From the IMG/VR virus record IMGVR_UViG_3300047494_000104, positions 4,343 through 68,342 of that record: a DNA stretch of 64,000 nucleotides; one strand, 5' to 3'. Made by a program: the position numbers and the translations under genes. Shown piece after piece: positions 37,901 to 48,102 of the stretch. The stretch comes from a virus. Numbering within the stretch: position 1 is the stretch's first letter; each line of letters begins with the position of its first letter. Under the pieces are notes generated by a model. That model worked only from the letters and a program-made list of their open reading frames with translations, did not search any database and had not been told where the DNA came from.

Positions 37901-38792
37901 CGCCGAATCACGGCAGCTCGAAAATCAATCATCGATCGAGGCGGCCAACAATCGGCAGAAGGAGCGCGAAGCGCAATACACCGCCCAAAACATTGCTGGC
38001 GGAAAATATGCCAGCAATGATGCGGCCAAGGCGTCCGCGATTCAGCAGGCGGCGGACGATCGCAAAAACGACGCGCTGGATAGCTTCCTTGCCAAGAATA
38101 AGGAAATAGCGGACATGACCAAGCAGACGGCCGTTGGGCCCATTGCTCCTAATTCGGTCAATAAATTCACTCCGGAAGAAGCAGAGGCAGGACGGCAGGC
38201 GGGATTTGGCGTCTCCGATAATGACGTCGATCAAGATCAGAAGTCTCCAGCCCGCACCGATGAATATCCCGCTCAGCCTCGGCCCGCGCAACAGCCGGAA
38301 TCTCCTCAAGACGAAAGCATGCGAGAACAAGACAGGCTCCATGGAGCGGCGGAAGCGTCGACCGGTACTCAGCGAGACGAGATCTTGAAGAAAATGCTCA
38401 CCTTCGGAGGTTCGGACAGCCTGCCGTCGGCTAATCGTCCGCAGAACTGGATCTACGACAAAATGGGCCCTGGCGCTTCTCAACAGGCGGCCGCAAGCAA
38501 AGGAAACATTCCTCAGCTTGGTGGGCCGAGCCCGCTCGATGCGCCGGAAGGCGGCGGCCATCACGGAATGGGTAGTCTGGGCCATGAAGGACTTGGCGCG
38601 CAAAAGGGCGGCGGCAGACATTTTGGCATGGACGCCGTTTTAGGGGCGGTGGCGAAGCCGGCGTCTTCGCAGGTCAAGCCGACCGATCCTCTTTTGACAG
38701 AAAACCAGAAGCAGACGGGGCTGTTGACGGTCATCGCGACGAACTCGGCTAAATGGGCTGCGAGTAGTTCTGAAAAGAAGGAAGCGATATAG
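34896..38792 (+). CDS. Tape measure protein
   Basis: ~1300 aa, A/Q-rich helical; FAEKSPFRF, VGDVAAASG tape-measure N-domain pattern. Confidence 0.9.
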   Translation: MATPRLSKLASDYGGDLLLPVATLVSGGSKIAAGMQLVGGIIVTKVLGPLGAVAGIMSGIIVSLVKWEQTAQLVARAMDKAAAKEAMTKQFAELTKSVATAKARLQDLFQFAEKSPFRFESVIEGGKALQQLTKGALITQDNLKLVGDVAAASGQQFGTAAEKVGAFYGDLQDGRPVRASAEELRNMGVISQTTVERVVALQAAGAGLSSTWNIARADLEKAQGAMQGVSQTIEDLQGKKETTKAGIVAPAGQIYNDGMKRGLEAQNQLLEKAAPVLTQIFQIVARVSVGFGYLQSGIVRMIGSIPGLTTLLGGLSIAFATLATSALALSALKLAAFFRDSALGLNSYAASVRRATAETEDLTKATILQTEAERIAANAAGPAISGTYAAEQAEKAGAQKAVIKMKTGARSVGGGLSTIFQGAQTAFNEARRPAGSFGPELPPNYVANVASAGAKEAVVGTEAVAMGAGAKLATGAVKLLGEGVSYLAKGLGMLFTGAGAVVSVFAVLAVGATILWNKYETASEAIKTFNDATAESVKQLKQQSDNIQTATDQAAAYQKAIELVKTGQDELNAAMAEKSSAPVIGGLLDYFNQVDGKIKAAKDAIAQGTGLQTQIKGKQGLALSDDQNKQVLDFQLGAQQAAQQRELVGVSPERQAAILQQRADAAAKEQAAQIDVQKRLAQQQLNLTPEQQTAMGSEQTDQKAVDEAKAKEDAEKARLVNANKAGRRVNTDSIRSDIAKATADREKAEASAAQNASLRNGVNAAQTGIMATYGGEQGKINAQLAQPDLTQEKRQELGRQLVVTQARLANPAEQEAQAASATQQLGISKAQSAAEAPILAEQAKAVQGAPFTPEEELESQQKITDAKKDQLDQTGKLNGMTQDQIDQAKQALDTEQAGRKQALEYRTKQAEAAKKLQDIDQAVAEINAEALGTAKDQWGTLQDQVRAIQARKDLTKEEQANAIQLLKISQEQAALEAYRSQEATKLAGNQLRSQALLMTGHLAESRQLENQSSIEAANNRQKEREAQYTAQNIAGGKYASNDAAKASAIQQAADDRKNDALDSFLAKNKEIADMTKQTAVGPIAPNSVNKFTPEEAEAGRQAGFGVSDNDVDQDQKSPARTDEYPAQPRPAQQPESPQDESMREQDRLHGAAEASTGTQRDEILKKMLTFGGSDSLPSANRPQNWIYDKMGPGASQQAAASKGNIPQLGGPSPLDAPEGGGHHGMGSLGHEGLGAQKGGGRHFGMDAVLGAVAKPASSQVKPTDPLLTENQKQTGLLTVIATNSAKWAASSSEKKEAI

Positions 38793-38794
38793 CC

Positions 38795-39493
38795 ATGCCT
38801 ACCTCAAACCCTCCATCGCTGACCATCGTCAAAAATGGTATTGTCGAGCTAACCTACCGCGGGTCGATCGCGCTCACCATTCAAGCCGTGGGCCGTGTTT
38901 CAGTCAGCAGATATGGCTTGGCTGAAGGCGATGTGACCTGGAAAGCGCCCACGTCGCTCATTTCCGACTTGGCTCCCGCATTCGGCAGCGTGCATCCTGT
39001 TTTTGCGTGGCTCAATCTTGAAACGGTCACCTTCGATTACGATAAAGCCTACAGCACCATCACCGGCCACTACGCCGGCGCCTTTCCTGGCGCGATCTCG
39101 GTTTACGATTACCAGCCCAGCACGGCTACGGTGCCAATTCAGGCCAGTCCGAATCTTTCTTCTATTCTCAGTGCAGCCGGCGCGGCGGGCACGGACTATA
39201 TCGCCAATCCGGACGGTTCCTATAGCTTCAAGGCATCAGCCGGGGACAATCTCGGCGGTTACACGGAATATATGATCTCGAAAGGGTTCTATGTCGAGAG
39301 CTCGGTTTCCTCGAGCCCACCGGATTGCAGCGCGGACTGCACGCAAACATCTCCCGACGGATCTCCACCTTCGACCAGCGGCAACTGGCTTCAGATGCCC
39401 ACGTTCTTTCAACAGCGCGCCCTCGTTTACGACATCCGCCGGTCTTGGCAAAACTCCGGACCGCGTGAACTTCCGTCTTCCGTCTACGGCTAA
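38795..39493 (+). CDS. Tail tip protein
   Basis: Position after TMP. Confidence 0.6.
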   Translation: MPTSNPPSLTIVKNGIVELTYRGSIALTIQAVGRVSVSRYGLAEGDVTWKAPTSLISDLAPAFGSVHPVFAWLNLETVTFDYDKAYSTITGHYAGAFPGAISVYDYQPSTATVPIQASPNLSSILSAAGAAGTDYIANPDGSYSFKASAGDNLGGYTEYMISKGFYVESSVSSSPPDCSADCTQTSPDGSPPSTSGNWLQMPTFFQQRALVYDIRRSWQNSGPRELPSSVYG

Positions 39494-40164
39494 TGGACTC
39501 GCTCATTTCACTCCTCAATCAGAAGACGGCTACGCCGGGGAAAAGGTACGACCTTTCCGGGGATACCTTCAATCTGCTCAAGAGGCTGATCATCGCGCTC
39601 TGGCGGCTCGAGAACGTCGGAGACACGAGCACGGTGAGGGTTTTGCACAACGGTCTTGCGGGAGCACTTTTAAATGGAAGCGCGCCCTCTGTGACGCAGA
39701 GCGTCGCAACGCCCAAGTCTTTCCAAGAGATCGGCCTCGTTCCAGTCGATGGCGACACCACCGGCGATTCCGGTTATACCCTGACCCTTCAGCCAGGCGT
39801 GGTGAATGCGAATGTTAGCCCCACTGTCGGGGGGACTTATATGTGGCAGCTTATCAGCAATGGGGCCATGCCTCCGGTTTACGCGCTCCCCACGCTAACG
39901 GTGTATAAAGGCGATTATGTTTACCTCGGAGGCACGGTGGCTGGCGGTTACCTGACCGACTGCATCGTCACCGCCGGATCGACCGATCCCAGCACGCTCG
40001 AAACCGATGGCTACACCACCAAGCTCATCGGCACCGTGGACCCTTCTACCGGCGCGTGGGTCCAAGCTTTTACCGGCAACTTGCTCTACACCGCTTCGGC
40101 CGCCTACTGGGCGGCGGGCTCGCGTCTTGTCATCCATACCTGGCAGGGAACGGGGGGCGGGTGA
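39493..40164 (+). CDS. Tail protein
   Basis: Translationally coupled; T/G-rich. Confidence 0.6.
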   Translation: MDSLISLLNQKTATPGKRYDLSGDTFNLLKRLIIALWRLENVGDTSTVRVLHNGLAGALLNGSAPSVTQSVATPKSFQEIGLVPVDGDTTGDSGYTLTLQPGVVNANVSPTVGGTYMWQLISNGAMPPVYALPTLTVYKGDYVYLGGTVAGGYLTDCIVTAGSTDPSTLETDGYTTKLIGTVDPSTGAWVQAFTGNLLYTASAAYWAAGSRLVIHTWQGTGGG

Positions 40165-41381
40165 GTCACCTAACCATCACCGGAAATTTTCCGCAATTCC
40201 GGCCTCCTAACTTCGCCGGCCTGGGCCTCTATGTGAAACAGGGCGACGGTTCGATCTTTGAACTTAGTTCGTCGGGAAACACCTATTCTACTTCAGGTTT
40301 CGCCGGTTTTGATGCCTTCATCGGTTGGTCTGTGGACCCATCCATAACGTATTTCATACCGAACGGCGACGCCGTCATCCCTTACGGCTATCTCAAGACA
40401 ACTAACACGCTTTACGGCTACTCGGATGACGGCAGCCCCGCCACCGCAGCGGACTATACCACCTCGTTAACGGGTCCGACATTCTTATCCGTATCGCAGA
40501 CGATTGAGCACGATTCCGTCAACGACATTGATTATATCTCCCTCGCATCTCTCACCCTTCCCGGCGACGACACCCCGCTGGCCGGGTGGGTGGGAGGCGA
40601 CCCGCCGGCCACCGCGTCCGCCGCCATCTTCGGTGGTGTGCAGGATTACCTCCCCTCGCTTTTCGGTGTTCCGGTTGGAGCCTTTCTTGCAGATTCGTCG
40701 GGGTTCCCTAATGCAAACGGGCAGATCGTCTACGTTTTTGCAAACAGCCTTTTCCCTGCCTTCGATATGAGCGATGGCTGGTACGCCACCATCACGACCA
40801 CGTCGATCATTGGCGGAGTCACAACCACGACCTCGCGGAGCAGCCCCACCTTGTTTATTGATGGTGCGGGCAATTACCCTTCCAACGAGTACACTCCGAA
40901 GCCCGGTTACACGCTCACCTCGCAAACCTCCTCTACCCGCGTATGGACCAAGGGCAGCGACACCATCACCATTGCCCTGAGCGCGCCAGCCACGAGACTC
41001 ACGCCTTCGGACTGGGCCGCCGACGGCGATCCCGTCATTAACGTTCGCGCCGGTCAGGCGCTGATCTACGGAACATCGACCGTGACGGTTTATAATGGCC
41101 TCGGCAGTCTTACCGCGCTTTCCAATAGCTGGAATCCTACCACCCACATGCTGGATCAAACCTTTACCACCACCGTTCCCGTCAGCAATGGCTATTTGTT
41201 CGGCGTCGATCTGTCGAACCCCGACTCGCCCGTAACCGCAATTGAGCCCGTCGCTACCACTGGCACGCTCACGCCCGACGGAAACACGGTCAGCGAGCCG
41301 CGCAAACTCTTTTATCAATCCGGCATCGCATGGGATTTCTACATCGGCGACGGAAGATTTACCCTTATGGCATCGGTGTAA
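40161..41381 (+). CDS. Tail protein (Thr/Ser-rich)
   Basis: GTG start overlapping upstream TGA; beta-rich composition. Confidence 0.6.
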   Translation: MSHLTITGNFPQFRPPNFAGLGLYVKQGDGSIFELSSSGNTYSTSGFAGFDAFIGWSVDPSITYFIPNGDAVIPYGYLKTTNTLYGYSDDGSPATAADYTTSLTGPTFLSVSQTIEHDSVNDIDYISLASLTLPGDDTPLAGWVGGDPPATASAAIFGGVQDYLPSLFGVPVGAFLADSSGFPNANGQIVYVFANSLFPAFDMSDGWYATITTTSIIGGVTTTTSRSSPTLFIDGAGNYPSNEYTPKPGYTLTSQTSSTRVWTKGSDTITIALSAPATRLTPSDWAADGDPVINVRAGQALIYGTSTVTVYNGLGSLTALSNSWNPTTHMLDQTFTTTVPVSNGYLFGVDLSNPDSPVTAIEPVATTGTLTPDGNTVSEPRKLFYQSGIAWDFYIGDGRFTLMASV

Positions 41382-41412
41382 CCATTCGGGCGTTGACAGC
41401 GAAACGACAGAT

Positions 41413-41613
41413 ATGATCGAACCACTCACTCCGGTAACCCTCGAAGCTTCAGAAGTTATCGCCGTTGCTGACGCGCCCGCCATCTTAACCGCGTTGACGA
41501 CAGCGCCCTTTCCGGCTCTTCCTGCCGGCAAGACAATCGACGAAATCAGCATTCTTCAGATCGTCAAACAGGCAAACGGCTCGTACAAGTGGGACGTTCG
41601 CTTCAGCAAATAA
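41413..41613 (+). CDS. Small hypothetical protein
   Basis: ATG 14 nt after TTGACA. Confidence 0.6.
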   Translation: MIEPLTPVTLEASEVIAVADAPAILTALTTAPFPALPAGKTIDEISILQIVKQANGSYKWDVRFSK

Positions 41614-41618
41614 TCCCC

Positions 41619-41957
41619 ATGAAAACCTACCTTTCAATCCTTCTTTGCGCCCTGCTGTCGACCGGACCGCTTTTGGCGGCCATTAACGTCAATCAGGTCA
41701 GCATTCCCACGACAGCCGGAGGCACGCTAATCTGGCAACCGTCTGTCCAGACTCCGAATACGTCCAAAATGGGCATTACGATTCTGAACACGGACGCCAC
41801 GAACACCGTCTACGTCGGCAATCAAGGCGTCACTGCGAGCACCGGGTTTCCGCTCAAAGCTGGCGCGGCGGTCACCTTTCGAACTCAAGGGCCTGTTTAC
41901 GGCCTGGGCGTTGGAGGCACCGTTGTTGTAGCCTACGTCGCGGACGACAACCAATAA
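41619..41957 (+). CDS. Small beta-rich protein with signal-peptide-like N-terminus
   Basis: [20 protein letters not shown]; VYVG..GVT.STGFPL. Confidence 0.7.
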   Translation: MKTYLSILLCALLSTGPLLAAINVNQVSIPTTAGGTLIWQPSVQTPNTSKMGITILNTDATNTVYVGNQGVTASTGFPLKAGAAVTFRTQGPVYGLGVGGTVVVAYVADDNQ

Positions 41958-41961
41958 CGCC

Positions 41962-44445
41962 ATGATAAAAACCATCTTCGCGCTGGTCCTTCTTTCGACG
42001 GGCCTTGCGATCGGGCAATATACGCCTCCTTCTGGCGGCGGGGGCGGCGGTGGCTCATATACGGCAGGCACCGGGCTAACGCTTTCCGGCACACAATTCA
42101 GCGTCACTCCTTCAACTTACGCGCCGTGGATCGGCTCTACGTCGATCACCACGCTCGGCCCGATCACGACTGGCACTTGGAACGGCACGGCCATCGGGAA
42201 CGCCTATCTCGCCAACAGCGCCATCACGCTCAACACCCATTCCGTTTCCCTCGGCGGGTCGCTATCGCTGACGGTTGTCGATCTTGGCGCGCCTTCCGCC
42301 AACATCGCGATCCAAAACTCCTCGGCGCTTGTCGTCATTGGTGCATCGATCTCGCAAGGCTACCGCAACACCAATCCCTTCGCTCAAGATTGGGCTTACC
42401 TCATTTCCCAGAGCGCGCAGTTTGCCGGAAAGCTGAAGACCTACACGACTAACGGCACAGTCTCAAGCGCGGCGGGCGGGGCTGGCGCATGGACTGCCTC
42501 GCTTGCGGTCTCCAGCGCCACCGGCATTACGGTTGGCCAGCAGGTCACCGGCAGCGGAGGCACGGGCGTTATTCCTGCGGGCACCATCGTCGGCTTCGTG
42601 ACCGGCACGACCGTCACGCTTTCCTGCCAAAACACGACGGGCTCGAATCCCTTCACCAACGGCACGATCACGACCGTCACCTGCACCGACCTGATCCAAG
42701 GCGCGGTCGGCTCGGCTCAAAGTCCTGCCGGAACTGTGGGCGGTCAAACGGTCACAACAAGTGGAACGGCCTCATCGGGCGCAACGACAATCACGCTCAC
42801 GACGTCGCCTACCGCGCCCTCGGGTGCGATGGCGGTCGATCCCGCGAATCTGGTTACTGGCATTCCCCTCGGCACAACAGGAACGCTTTCGGGCACGACG
42901 CTGACGCTATCCGCGCCGCTGACCGCATCAGTCGCGTCCGGAACCTCGATCACGCTCGGAGGAAACAACATCACCGACCGGCTTGAGGCGGACCTTTACC
43001 CGCATCGATCAACCGCCAACGGCGGCGATGGCGGAACGAATCCCATCGTAATTCTTGGTGATGATAACGCCTTAAACGACATCGGTAATGGTGGCGCTTC
43101 TGCGAGCACGATTGAGACTGCGATAAGCGCTGCGATTACCCAAGCCAAGGCATGGGGCTATACGGTTATGGCTTTAACGCCGACTCAGGTTTCTTACGGA
43201 AGCAACGGTTTCACGAATGTATGGACGGCCACTCCCAACACCACGCGATTCACAATTTGCAACTGGCTTCGCAGCAGTTCCTCGGGCGCAAATCTAGTCA
43301 TCGACGCGGGAGGCCAAGCGGTGACCGATCCTTCCAACGCCTACGCCACTTACTACTATTCCGATGGCATTCATTTGGTCGCGGCAGGTCATGTTGCCAT
43401 CGCCAATCTGATTACCGGCCAGCTTGTCAGCGCCAGCCCGAACTACTTTCAGCAAGGACCGATCACCTCTGATTTTAATGTGTTTCCGAATGGCATCAGC
43501 CTCGGCTCCGGCACGCCTGCCGCCTACAACCCGTCTAACGTCATTCAAAGTTCGGCGGGTACATTCGCGCTAAGCGCGGCGGGCGCGTGGAATGCGGGGA
43601 GTTACACGGCAGGTGGAGTTTTCCAGTGCAATTCCAGCACGACCGGTTTTTTCGACCAATCACTGACCGGCCAGTTTTACTGGAATGATGCCGCCTTGGG
43701 TCGCACGGCTACGGGGATGGTTTCTTCCATCGCCTCCGCGCAGACCAGTCATGCCAATCAGCCCACCACCTTGGGTGGACTACAAGCGGGGATATTGCTG
43801 GCTTCCGTCACGCCGCCGATTAACTCGTTGGTGCTCAGTACGCATGGCACACCAAACACAACGACCTACACCTACGTTCTTGCGGGTTACGATGTGCTTG
43901 GAAACTTCGTTAACGCCTATCCCCAAACCATCACCACGGGTCCTACGACGCTCTCGAGTTCTAATTATATTGGCCTCAATGGCACTGCTTCCACGGATCG
44001 ATGCTACTCGGTCAAACTCTACCGCACTGCGGGAGGAGCCACGCAGGGGCTCATCGGCAACTATGTCGGATACTCTGCCAGCGCGATCAACATCAACGAT
44101 CAGGGCTTGGTCGGAGATGGCTCGACCGCGCCGAGCACGACCGCCGCGAATACGACCGGCTTCGTGCAGATGGATCACGCCAACATTAACGCAGCGCAAA
44201 CGACCGTCAGCGGCTCAACCTCGGGAAGCGCGGTATTCTCTCAGCCGTTTCAGGGTTCGAGTTATAAAAACGTTATTATTCACACAACAGCTCTCCTCGG
44301 TACGGCGTCTTACACTTTTCCAGTTGCCTTCACTAATACGCCGGTTGTGGTGAATTCCGATGGAGTTGCCACAAACGTTTCGACAACAGCCGTTACGGTC
44401 ACAGGAACAACAACGACGGATACGATTATTTTGGAAGGCAATTAA
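41962..44445 (+). CDS. Tail fibre/spike-like protein with SGNH hydrolase domain
   Basis: [15 protein letters not shown] fibre motif; VIGASIS, NDI, DGIHL SGNH blocks; signal-peptide-like N-terminus. Confidence 0.75.
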   Translation: MIKTIFALVLLSTGLAIGQYTPPSGGGGGGGSYTAGTGLTLSGTQFSVTPSTYAPWIGSTSITTLGPITTGTWNGTAIGNAYLANSAITLNTHSVSLGGSLSLTVVDLGAPSANIAIQNSSALVVIGASISQGYRNTNPFAQDWAYLISQSAQFAGKLKTYTTNGTVSSAAGGAGAWTASLAVSSATGITVGQQVTGSGGTGVIPAGTIVGFVTGTTVTLSCQNTTGSNPFTNGTITTVTCTDLIQGAVGSAQSPAGTVGGQTVTTSGTASSGATTITLTTSPTAPSGAMAVDPANLVTGIPLGTTGTLSGTTLTLSAPLTASVASGTSITLGGNNITDRLEADLYPHRSTANGGDGGTNPIVILGDDNALNDIGNGGASASTIETAISAAITQAKAWGYTVMALTPTQVSYGSNGFTNVWTATPNTTRFTICNWLRSSSSGANLVIDAGGQAVTDPSNAYATYYYSDGIHLVAAGHVAIANLITGQLVSASPNYFQQGPITSDFNVFPNGISLGSGTPAAYNPSNVIQSSAGTFALSAAGAWNAGSYTAGGVFQCNSSTTGFFDQSLTGQFYWNDAALGRTATGMVSSIASAQTSHANQPTTLGGLQAGILLASVTPPINSLVLSTHGTPNTTTYTYVLAGYDVLGNFVNAYPQTITTGPTTLSSSNYIGLNGTASTDRCYSVKLYRTAGGATQGLIGNYVGYSASAININDQGLVGDGSTAPSTTAANTTGFVQMDHANINAAQTTVSGSTSGSAVFSQPFQGSSYKNVIIHTTALLGTASYTFPVAFTNTPVVVNSDGVATNVSTTAVTVTGTTTTDTIILEGN

Positions 44446-44804
44446 TGGGCGATCTTCAATACAGAAACGCCGTTTGCAGTAAAAAGATCATCGATGTTGC
44501 CGACAAGATGGAAGCAAACATTGAAAAGGCGAAACTCTGCTATGAAGTCGAACAATCCTTTATCGCCGAGCATGCGACCAAGTGGCGAGAGCACTGCCGG
44601 GCAACCAAAGCCGAAGTGGCTCGCTTCATGCGCGTTAGTCACGCCAGCGTCAGCTTTCTCGAGCAAAACAAAATGCGCTGGACCAAATCTCTCGTCGTCA
44701 GCTACGTCAGAGCGTGTAACCTTAAGCATTCCAAGCCAAGCGTGATACCTCGCCGAGGCGTGCAAAGAACCCCACGAATTTTCAACATCCGAAAGGGAAA
44801 ATAA
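44445..44804 (+). CDS. Small HTH (XRE-like) protein
   Basis: TKAEVARFMRVSHASVSFLE. Confidence 0.5.
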   Translation: MGDLQYRNAVCSKKIIDVADKMEANIEKAKLCYEVEQSFIAEHATKWREHCRATKAEVARFMRVSHASVSFLEQNKMRWTKSLVVSYVRACNLKHSKPSVIPRRGVQRTPRIFNIRKGK

Positions 44805-44805
44805 T

Positions 44806-45879
44806 ATGCCCGGCAAAATTCAATTCGGCGTTTGCTTTCACCCCGCGTGGCCCGAGTACGCTTTCTGGACGCCCGCCAACGCGGCGGCGGCCATGGGCCT
44901 GGCCAAGCAACTCGGCTGCGCTTACGTGCGCTGCTCGCTCGACATGGCGCAACCGCCCTACTCGCCGCAAAACCTCGATATGTTCTGCCCCGCGGCGGCG
45001 GCCGCAGGCCTGACCGCTTTGCCCGTGATGCATCCGACCGTGACGCCGGGCCTGTCGTACATGGACAGCTACAAGGCCGAGTACCCGAAAGCGAAAGCCT
45101 TCGTCGCCGCCGTCGTGGCCAAGGGCTACAAAATCCCGGCATGGGAAATCGGCAACGAAATGGAGGACGCCTATTACCACATCATCTCGGATGGCACCAT
45201 CCCGGCGCACTACACCGAGAAAACGCCCGGTAACGAAGTCGCGCTGATCGGTGCGATCTATGCCTGGTACGATGCGCTGCACGCGGGTTACAAGGCCGCC
45301 GGGTTGCCCGCTCCGATCGTGATGATCGGCGGCACCTACTACCACTGGGGCTTCCTTCAGCGCATCTACGATTACCAGGCCGCCGAGCACTTCGCCGGCA
45401 TGCCCTGCGACGCCATCGCATGGCACTGGTACCAGCCGCAATGCCAATCCTTCAACGCGCCGCTTTCGTGGATCGACAGCCCGATGCATGGCAAGGTGCC
45501 CGCCGAATGCCTCGCCGCCTTCCCCGCGCGCGGTTGGACCCAACTGCAGAAAGGCGCGCCCTCCATGCTCGTGTGGATCACCGAGACCAATCGCATGGTC
45601 GCCGGTACGCCGGCGCAGAACGGTTCCTACAGCAATACCGCGCCCGGCAACCAAGACCAGGCCGCGCAAGGCGCCCAGATCACCGCCACCATCGCCGACT
45701 TGAGCAAGGCGCCCAACGTCCAAGCCATCTTTGTTTTCGAGCTCTACGACGAGCCCAAAGCCTATGCCGGCAAGACCGGCGCCGCTCAATCCGAGTTCTT
45801 CGGCCTTGTCGCCAACGGCGTCCCGAAGCTCGCCTTCACGGCGTATCAGACCGCCATCAAAAACAGCCAAGCAACATGA
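44806..45879 (+). CDS. Glycoside hydrolase, clan GH-A TIM barrel
   Basis: WEIGNE, AWHWY, VWITE, FELYDE, FGL...PK. Confidence 0.8.
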   Translation: MPGKIQFGVCFHPAWPEYAFWTPANAAAAMGLAKQLGCAYVRCSLDMAQPPYSPQNLDMFCPAAAAAGLTALPVMHPTVTPGLSYMDSYKAEYPKAKAFVAAVVAKGYKIPAWEIGNEMEDAYYHIISDGTIPAHYTEKTPGNEVALIGAIYAWYDALHAGYKAAGLPAPIVMIGGTYYHWGFLQRIYDYQAAEHFAGMPCDAIAWHWYQPQCQSFNAPLSWIDSPMHGKVPAECLAAFPARGWTQLQKGAPSMLVWITETNRMVAGTPAQNGSYSNTAPGNQDQAAQGAQITATIADLSKAPNVQAIFVFELYDEPKAYAGKTGAAQSEFFGLVANGVPKLAFTAYQTAIKNSQAT

Positions 45880-46277
45880 CGCAAGCACTCGAAAAAATCA
45901 CGGCGAACATTTACGTTCTTTGGAGCGGCATCATTTTTGCCGCGGCGGGCGCATGGGCAACCTGCGCTGTCCTAGGTGGCATCTCCGCTCAAATCGTCGA
46001 GGTCTCGCACAAAGTCGATACCAAGAACGACGAGGTCTCGGCGCAGATTTCCGAGGTGGCGCATAAGGTGGACATGACCAACGCCAAGGTGCAAAGCCTG
46101 GGCGACACGACGGATCGCAATCAGGAATGGATCAAGGCCGTGTCGGCCAAGGTGGATGGCGCGACCTCGGCGTTGAATGCGCACGATCTCGTGCTGCAAA
46201 AGCAGGCGGATCAGTTGGACGAAATGCAGCGGGCAATCAATAAAGACGCGGCGGCGAATCGAGCAAGCCAGAAATAA
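45876..46277 (+). CDS. Membrane-anchored coiled-coil protein (lysis region)
   Basis: One TM helix then heptads. Confidence 0.6.
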   Translation: MTQALEKITANIYVLWSGIIFAAAGAWATCAVLGGISAQIVEVSHKVDTKNDEVSAQISEVAHKVDMTNAKVQSLGDTTDRNQEWIKAVSAKVDGATSALNAHDLVLQKQADQLDEMQRAINKDAAANRASQK

Positions 46278-46314
46278 ACTTGAAGCGGAAAAAATTAAGG
46301 AGTAGAAGCAACCC

Positions 46315-46674
46315 ATGTCCTGGACATCATACCTGCCAACGGTTTTCCAGTTACCGCAGCTTTATTTCGCGATGGCAGTATGCGTCGCGATCGTCCGCAT
46401 GTTCAAGGCGTTCCCGGCAAAGTACGCGCAGCCGTGGATGGTTCAGCTTTCCTCGATCGGCGCCGGATGCTTGATTATGCTCGGCCAGATGGGAACTCTT
46501 TCAATCGTTTACGCGCTGGGCTCCGGCGTTATTTGCGGAGCGCTCGCCACAAGTTTCTATGATCTCATCGTCGCCCAAGTCGAGTTAAAGGTCCGGGCTT
46601 GGCTTGGCGCACCTCAACCTCCGAACCTCGTCAGCACTCCTCCAACACCCACCCCACCCAAAACCACAATATGA
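46315..46674 (+). CDS. Putative holin
   Basis: Three hydrophobic segments, GALATSFYD. Confidence 0.6.
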   Translation: MSWTSYLPTVFQLPQLYFAMAVCVAIVRMFKAFPAKYAQPWMVQLSSIGAGCLIMLGQMGTLSIVYALGSGVICGALATSFYDLIVAQVELKVRAWLGAPQPPNLVSTPPTPTPPKTTI

Positions 46675-47297
46675 AATTCCTCCGAAATCTCCCCCAAGCC
46701 GCCCGTACGGCACTCGCCGCATTCTCCTGCCTATGTCTTGCCGCGTGCTCCGCCGCCCAAGAGGCCGCCTTTCTTTCCAACGCTCCCGCCGTTATCAGCG
46801 GCGCCTTGGCCACTGGTCAGGAGCTTGCCGCCGCCTATTCCGCCGCGCAACAGTCTGTCGGTAGCAATGGCGGAAAGCTCAACGCCACGACGGGCCTCGC
46901 AGCCGCGCAAGCCGCATTCGGTTCGGCCGCCAGCGCAAATCTGGGCACCACGGTTAAAAATGTGTTCGCGGCCGCTAACCAGCTCGGCGCCGACATCAAG
47001 GCCGCCAATCCGAGCGCGACGACCGCCCAGATTGCCGCCGCTCAGTCCTCGGCCATCACGTCGGCGCAGATCGCCATTCAGGCAGCCGCCCCTGCTGGAT
47101 CTCCTGCAGCTACAACTGCGGTGTTCCAAGTCCATTGCGATCACGGCAAACTCTACGTCACGAATGAACGCCCGTTGTCGTCTTCGAAGCAACTGACCTA
47201 CGTGTCGCCGCTGATGCGGCTTCACGCGGATCTCCGGGCGCCATACGGCTGCGTGCGGCCGGAAAGCGCCTACGATCTCCACGTTGCCTCGAACTAA
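46671..47297 (+). CDS. Ala-rich lipoprotein
   Basis: Lipobox LAAC. Confidence 0.6.
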   Translation: MKFLRNLPQAARTALAAFSCLCLAACSAAQEAAFLSNAPAVISGALATGQELAAAYSAAQQSVGSNGGKLNATTGLAAAQAAFGSAASANLGTTVKNVFAAANQLGADIKAANPSATTAQIAAAQSSAITSAQIAIQAAAPAGSPAATTAVFQVHCDHGKLYVTNERPLSSSKQLTYVSPLMRLHADLRAPYGCVRPESAYDLHVASN

Positions 47298-47304
47298 CGT
47301 GATC

Positions 47305-47448
47305 ATGGGCATTATCGTTCTCATCGTTGTGCTCCTGCTGCTGTTTGGCGGCGGGGGCTATCAGTACGCCGGGCCGATCGGCGGCGGCGGCGGTCTCGGC
47401 CTGGTCTTGGTCGTCCTGCTGGTGGCCTATCTTCTCGGCTATCTTTAA
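47305..47448 (+). CDS. DUF3309-like small membrane protein (below ORF-track cutoff)
   Basis: MGIIVLIVVLLLLFGGGGYQYAGPIGGGGGLGLVLVVLLVAYLLGYL. Confidence 0.7.
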   Translation: MGIIVLIVVLLLLFGGGGYQYAGPIGGGGGLGLVLVVLLVAYLLGYL

Positions 47449-47449
47449 A

Positions 47450-47728
47450 ATGGCAAAGATCGTTGCCTTCATTTTGCGCGCGATCGCCAATCGACTCGAT
47501 ATGGCAAACCCTCTCACTCTCGGCATCACCACAGACGTTGGCGCGGTGGCTAACATGGTCACCGAATGCTTCAAGGCCGGAATGAGCGTCGTCGATTTCT
47601 TCGATCAACCGTCCATGGTGGCAGCTCGAGCTTCCGCTGAAGAGCAGAAGCAGAAGGCTCTCGACGCCAAGGCGGTCACCGATGCGATTGCGGGCAATCC
47701 GACAACTCTCGAGGAGCGGAGTTCGTAA
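47450..47728 (+). CDS. Hypothetical (possible i-spanin-like)
   Basis: Position in lysis cluster, coupled to a lipoprotein. Confidence 0.4.
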   Translation: MAKIVAFILRAIANRLDMANPLTLGITTDVGAVANMVTECFKAGMSVVDFFDQPSMVAARASAEEQKQKALDAKAVTDAIAGNPTTLEERSS

Positions 47729-48102
47729 TGAACGCCCTTTCCTCATTTCGCTGCACACTAGCCGCGTTGTGTATCGCGACCTGCACACTAATCGGCTGCG
47801 GCACACCAACGCAACCGACCGGCGCATCCGATCCGTCTGGTATCGCCTACGTCGGCAACGTCCAGTCCGCCGGCTTCGTTCACGATGCCAATGGGCGCGA
47901 GATCTGGCTTTATGACGAGAACCATGCGCTGATTGGAGGCGAAGTCTATCCGGGGTACGTCGACAAATACGTCGCGCTCTGGGCTAAAGTTGGCGTCAAG
48001 GAGATGGCTCCGAAATACCCATTCACTCCGCATGGCGATCTCTTTCTCGTTACCGCCGAGGGAGCGCAGGCGTTTGAAAGCATGAACCGAGCGGCAAAAT
48101 GA
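47728..48102 (+). CDS. Lipoprotein (possible o-spanin-like)
   Basis: Lipobox LIGC. Confidence 0.55.
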   Translation: MNALSSFRCTLAALCIATCTLIGCGTPTQPTGASDPSGIAYVGNVQSAGFVHDANGREIWLYDENHALIGGEVYPGYVDKYVALWAKVGVKEMAPKYPFTPHGDLFLVTAEGAQAFESMNRAAK

